A stretch of 62,552 nucleotides of DNA, the filler included, from Choristocarpus tenellus KU-1152 (taxonomy: Eukaryota; Protista; Phaeophyceae): assembly GCA_964200185.2 (NCBI GenBank). It is 12 parts of 12 records of this genome, joined end to end, with 100 filler letters (N's around TTAATTAATTAA, not from the genome) between each part and the next. Parts side by side here need not be neighbours in the genome. Positions count along the whole stretch, not along the records: positions 46,951 to 51,739 come from CAXNAD020013050.1; positions 51,840 to 62,552 come from CAXNAD020002765.1; 10 more parts are not named here. One strand, given 5' to 3'. The notes under the pieces were generated by a model. The model ran no database searches, was not told the DNA's origin, and was given only the letters and a program-made list of their open reading frames with translations. Each line of letters begins with the position of its first letter. The stretch's first letter is position 1. This document shows, piece after piece, positions 51,384-62,552 of this stretch. Both the position numbers and the translations under genes were made by a program.

Positions 51384-51737
51384 GGGGCACAGGTATAGGT
51401 AGATTGGAGACACAGGAAGGCAGTAGTACAACATGATAGTAGTGAAGTAATAAATAGATTAATGTCTTTCACATTTATGACATTTTATTTCTTTTTGGGA
51501 CTTATACTGACAATGTGTATATTATTATAATGCCCTCTGACATTTTGCAGATGTGTCAGGGGGGAAACCAATGAAAACTATACTATGTCGTTGTTAGCCC
51601 TAAAGAAATAAAATATCCTAAACGTAAGAACACTATAAAACCTTGTAAGTGTGGAAACCACTAATCAGTTACTTCATCACTATCAAATATTGTACTACTG
51701 TTGTCCTTTGCTTCCCATCTACCTACTCCTGTGCCCC
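51384..51737. mobile_element. Fold-back / long-TIR non-autonomous element
   Basis: 51384-51500 is an imperfect reverse complement of 51595-51737 (ggggcacagg..taggtagat..cagtagtacaa..tgatagt..tgaagtaa). The right flank is lost to the linker. Confidence 0.75.
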
Positions 51738-53196
51738 GGNNNNNNNNNNNNNNNNNNNNNNNNNNNNNNNNNNNNNNNNNNNNTTAATTAATTAANNNNN
51801 NNNNNNNNNNNNNNNNNNNNNNNNNNNNNNNNNNNNNNNACATTATCTCGACCCCACCCCCCCACCCCCCTAAGAAAACCACTCACAAAAAACGCATAAA
51901 CACAGACACCTACTTCCCAAACAAATTCCTTTTAATCCTCATAACCACTACCAGAAAGGTCAGCATCCACTCAACTCCTCACAGGAACACGCATGGAGCA
52001 GTCACCCTGCTAAGGAAGTGTACTATGTGCAAGAAGTGGCTGCCCACACAGCAATGGTGATCAATCAAGAGTTCTTAGCAGTCCACTAGGTATAAAGACA
52101 GTCGGGCATTCATATGCATTCGAGTAGAAGGATGCATGTGAAGGGGGGAAAGCAAATCAAAGGTGTGAGGATCCCATGGGGGGGAGAAGACAAAACAGGC
52201 AGGATCAAAAGCTAGGGTCAACACCTCAGAGGGCATGAAGACCTTGAGTACACAAGAGTCTGCTCAGCTCTTAATAGTGGACATGTCACACCGGCACTGC
52301 AGCATCTACTGCATGCTTAGTGACCCTGGCCTTCAACCCTTTCCCCCGTACCTCAAAAACTCCCTTCAAAACAACTCCTCATGGAGTAGATATCCATCAA
52401 CTCGACCTTCCACTCCTCCCATTCACCTCTGTTTATAGCACTACCTTCTTCTAAAGCCTCACCTCCATGACCCTGGTGGGCAGTAACTCTTAAAAGAGGA
52501 ACAAGGCTCAGGCAGAATCCCCCCCCCCCCCCCCCCCCCCTCCCAAACTCAACCCTAGTGCCTTCCCACCCTTCCTCTCCATGGCCACATCCCTCATTCC
52601 ATTGCTCCCTACACTTGTCACCCAAGCTCTTAGAGTTACATTTACAGGGTTCTCCCTCCATCTCCCTTGTCCCTCCACCTCAGCCATTGCCAGTACAACA
52701 TTACCACCCCTATCACCACTAACACTAACAACATGTGAGATACCACTTCAGAAGCAGCGTACAGGAAGGGAAAAAAAAAAAAAAGGAGAGGCTGGCAAGC
52801 AAAAACTACGTAACTGTTGCACTCTGCTTCGATATCCTCCCCTCTCATCCTCTGTCCAAATCAAGTCCTAAACGCTCCACCAGTACACCCACTCTTGTCC
52901 TCCACAGCCTGAGACCCCCTCACTCTGGTGATGATTCCGCGTAAGTGCAGACACACAACAAACGCACTGATGAGAACCGAGAACAAAGACTAGTGTGTGC
53001 AAATCATTCTTCCCTCCATACCATACACTACACACCTCACTACCTCCTTCCTACCCTTCCAGCTCTGATCAACCTATTCCCTGTTGCATTCCCCATTTGC
53101 ATCCCTTACAAGAACCCCTACATGGTGCACTGGTGTGGAGCAAAACCCACGCATCCTCCCAACTCCCTTGTACCAGCCCACATGCAATGCGTGCGG

Positions 53197-60399
<7,203 letters not shown>

Positions 60400-62011
60400 C
60401 CTGCAGCCCTTGTGCCCTCGGCTCAGTTGCGAAACGACCCTGAGATATCCCGGAGGCTTACCTGTCCTGAAAACCTCTGCTCACACGCCTTCTGGAGAGA
60501 GGCGGATGAGCAAGCTCTTTGACGCAATCTGTGACCCGAATTTCTAAGGCCCGAAATATGGAACGGGCGGCCCAGCACCTGAACCTTTTCCCCAACCCTC
60601 CTCAGGTTGTGTGTTAAATGAGGGATGAAAAGTAAGTATATCTGATAGAAAAAAAGTAGGGCTTATCACTTAGCCTCAGACTTCTTTTCTCTCTCAGACA
60701 GTTAGTCTTGACCCTGGTGTGGCTCCTCCCCAACCTCACCCTTCGAACAGCTCGAAAAAAATCAATAGAGAACTTACGTGTTCATATGGTCAATATTTCT
60801 ATAAATTCTGTCAATATAGAATTTACGGTAACTGAGACTTTATATCAGGGCTACTTACTATTGTATTAGTATATATAACAAGTTATTTTGTTTTGTTTTG
60901 TTATTTGTTTCTGGAAGGATTGCGCGCGCCTTGCCTCATCAATTCCACATAGTACATAGAATAACCCCTAGTGATATCCACCCTCCTCCTGTCAATGTCG
61001 TCCTAAGATGACAAGTGATGTCCAAGAGATCCAACCACACAACCATTGAAGAACACATTGTAAAACTTTCACAGCACTATAGAAGGCACTTGGTGAAACC
61101 ACAGATTTTTCATCAGCAGAGAGTTCATGGGCATGTAGGAAGCGAAGAGCAGGTGATGAATCGCTATCCTCTACTACTCTCTTCTACTTGTCCAATCGTC
61201 CAAAGAAGGATTCTGTCCAAGCCATTAATTAGTAAAAGCTTAGGTTTCGTATTGCTCATGCATTTCTACGTATTTTTCCGCATCATTGCTTTGCAGTTCT
61301 TGTGGGGTACAATTTATTTAAGCATGTATTTTGTGTGTTGTGTGTCTATTGGCCTCCTGATTACTATTGTTCGTAATTAGGTGGGCAGGGAACTCTCCTG
61401 GATTCACCCATCCATCAAATTTGTGACAGTGATTTGTTTGGTGTGTTATATGTGACATACCTACCTTGCTAGGTGTTTGTGGGGTTATTCAATATATTGG
61501 AATGTGCTTATAAGCTGAGGCTGACACACCTGCTTCTCATATTATAACGTCATTCAAAACAAGAGTATAGAGAATAGGCGTAACAAGCAGTCCCGGAAGC
61601 TATTTTACTAGGTGGTCTAAAACTCGATCATTTTAGCAAGTGATATACAGATTGTCACATTGATTAAAAATGTAAAAACAAATGTTCTAGAACAATCGAA
61701 AAAATTGCAAATAAAAAGTTGCCCAAGTAAAGGAGGGAAGAAGTTACATTATAGACATAGCTGTCAATATATTGTGTAACAAGTTGTGTTCACCTACCAG
61801 ATTGTATCAACTACCATATTAAAGGCCTCCCACTATTGACCAACGCTAGTGTTGTTCTTGACAGATTGTTGGCATTGAAATATCCAATAGGGCCTACTCT
61901 TCACAAATCATTGGGATTACCCCGCGCTCCCATTCATTCTGTGGCAGGATATATTTTAAGGAGTGTGCACAACGTCACTACTGTTCTGAATGACGTAAAT
62001 TTAACACTATC

Positions 62012-62267
62012 GAGCTAAAGTATCTTAGAGGGTAGAGCAGCGTCCATTTGGGGGTCAAAATCCAATGCTATGATTTTTATGTAATTTTGTCTATGGTGTT
62101 TGTTAGGAGGTATCAATGTCTATGTTTCGGACAAACCTTTTCATAACGTAAACATTTTATCTATTCCTGAATATTTTGGATAGGAAAATGTACTAAAAAA
62201 AAATGGGAAGCGAAGTCCCAAATGGACAAACATGGCAAAACCCCTACCCTCTAAGATACTTTCACTA
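62012..62267. mobile_element. MITE family A, TSD TATC
   Basis: Both TIRs present. TATC occurs at 62008-62011 and 62268-62271. Confidence 0.9.
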
Positions 62268-62552
62268 TATCCACACTGGCTATTGCCTTTCTTGGATGAC
62301 TCTGCATGATGTGCAATGATCCCCAGTCACACAAGGGTCTGTTCGATTAGACTCTTCCGACTCTATTGGACAGTTACGGTAAAATAGTATGGAGTAACAG
62401 AACAATCAATTAGTGGTTGAGTTATCAGAACCTTTTACTAGTGATTAGTTGAATGAGAAATTTTCTCATATAAAAGGAAACATTTCTGATTTTATGGGGC
62501 ATTGCATGCCCCACCTAACTTTAATCAATCACTCTACAGACACCAAGCAATC

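Noticed and set aside
9104-51839. Recurrent TTAATTAATTAA palindrome as a biological motif
   Set aside because: It is always centred in a fixed 100-bp N block, so it is an artificial six-frame stop linker.

Overview
Intron-rich eukaryotic DNA, most likely a stramenopile and probably a brown alga (inferred from gene content, long GT-AG introns and interstitial CCCTAA runs). It is not one continuous locus: 12 segments are joined by eleven identical 100-bp linkers (44 N + TTAATTAATTAA + 44 N), so gene neighbourhood across linkers is not evidence. Spliced genes reconstructed by hand: the 3' half of a TRP-type cation channel (492-7449), the 3' part of a SMUG1 uracil-DNA glycosylase (9211-11323), the 5' part of a Rab8/Sec4-like GTPase (28620-30108), seven exons of an Agd3-like (CE18) polysaccharide deacetylase (31537-33665), a possible PWWP-domain protein, an armadillo-repeat (Vac8-like) protein, the 3' part of an IGHMBP2/SMUBP-2 SF1 helicase with an R3H domain, and a complete 147-aa Ubc4/UBE2D E2 (53197-60399). 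The rest is rich in transposons: a full-length decayed plant-mariner-like element with TIRs and TA target duplication plus a second partial copy, two MITE families sharing a G(A/G)NNNAAAGTATCT terminus and 4-bp target duplications, a fold-back element, LINE, copia and Tc1 remnants, and minisatellites. The most interesting items are the intron-containing Agd3-like deacetylase in an apparently algal genome, the two-family MITE system (one copy inside a coding exon), and a TRP channel with extra C-terminal hydrophobic helices.
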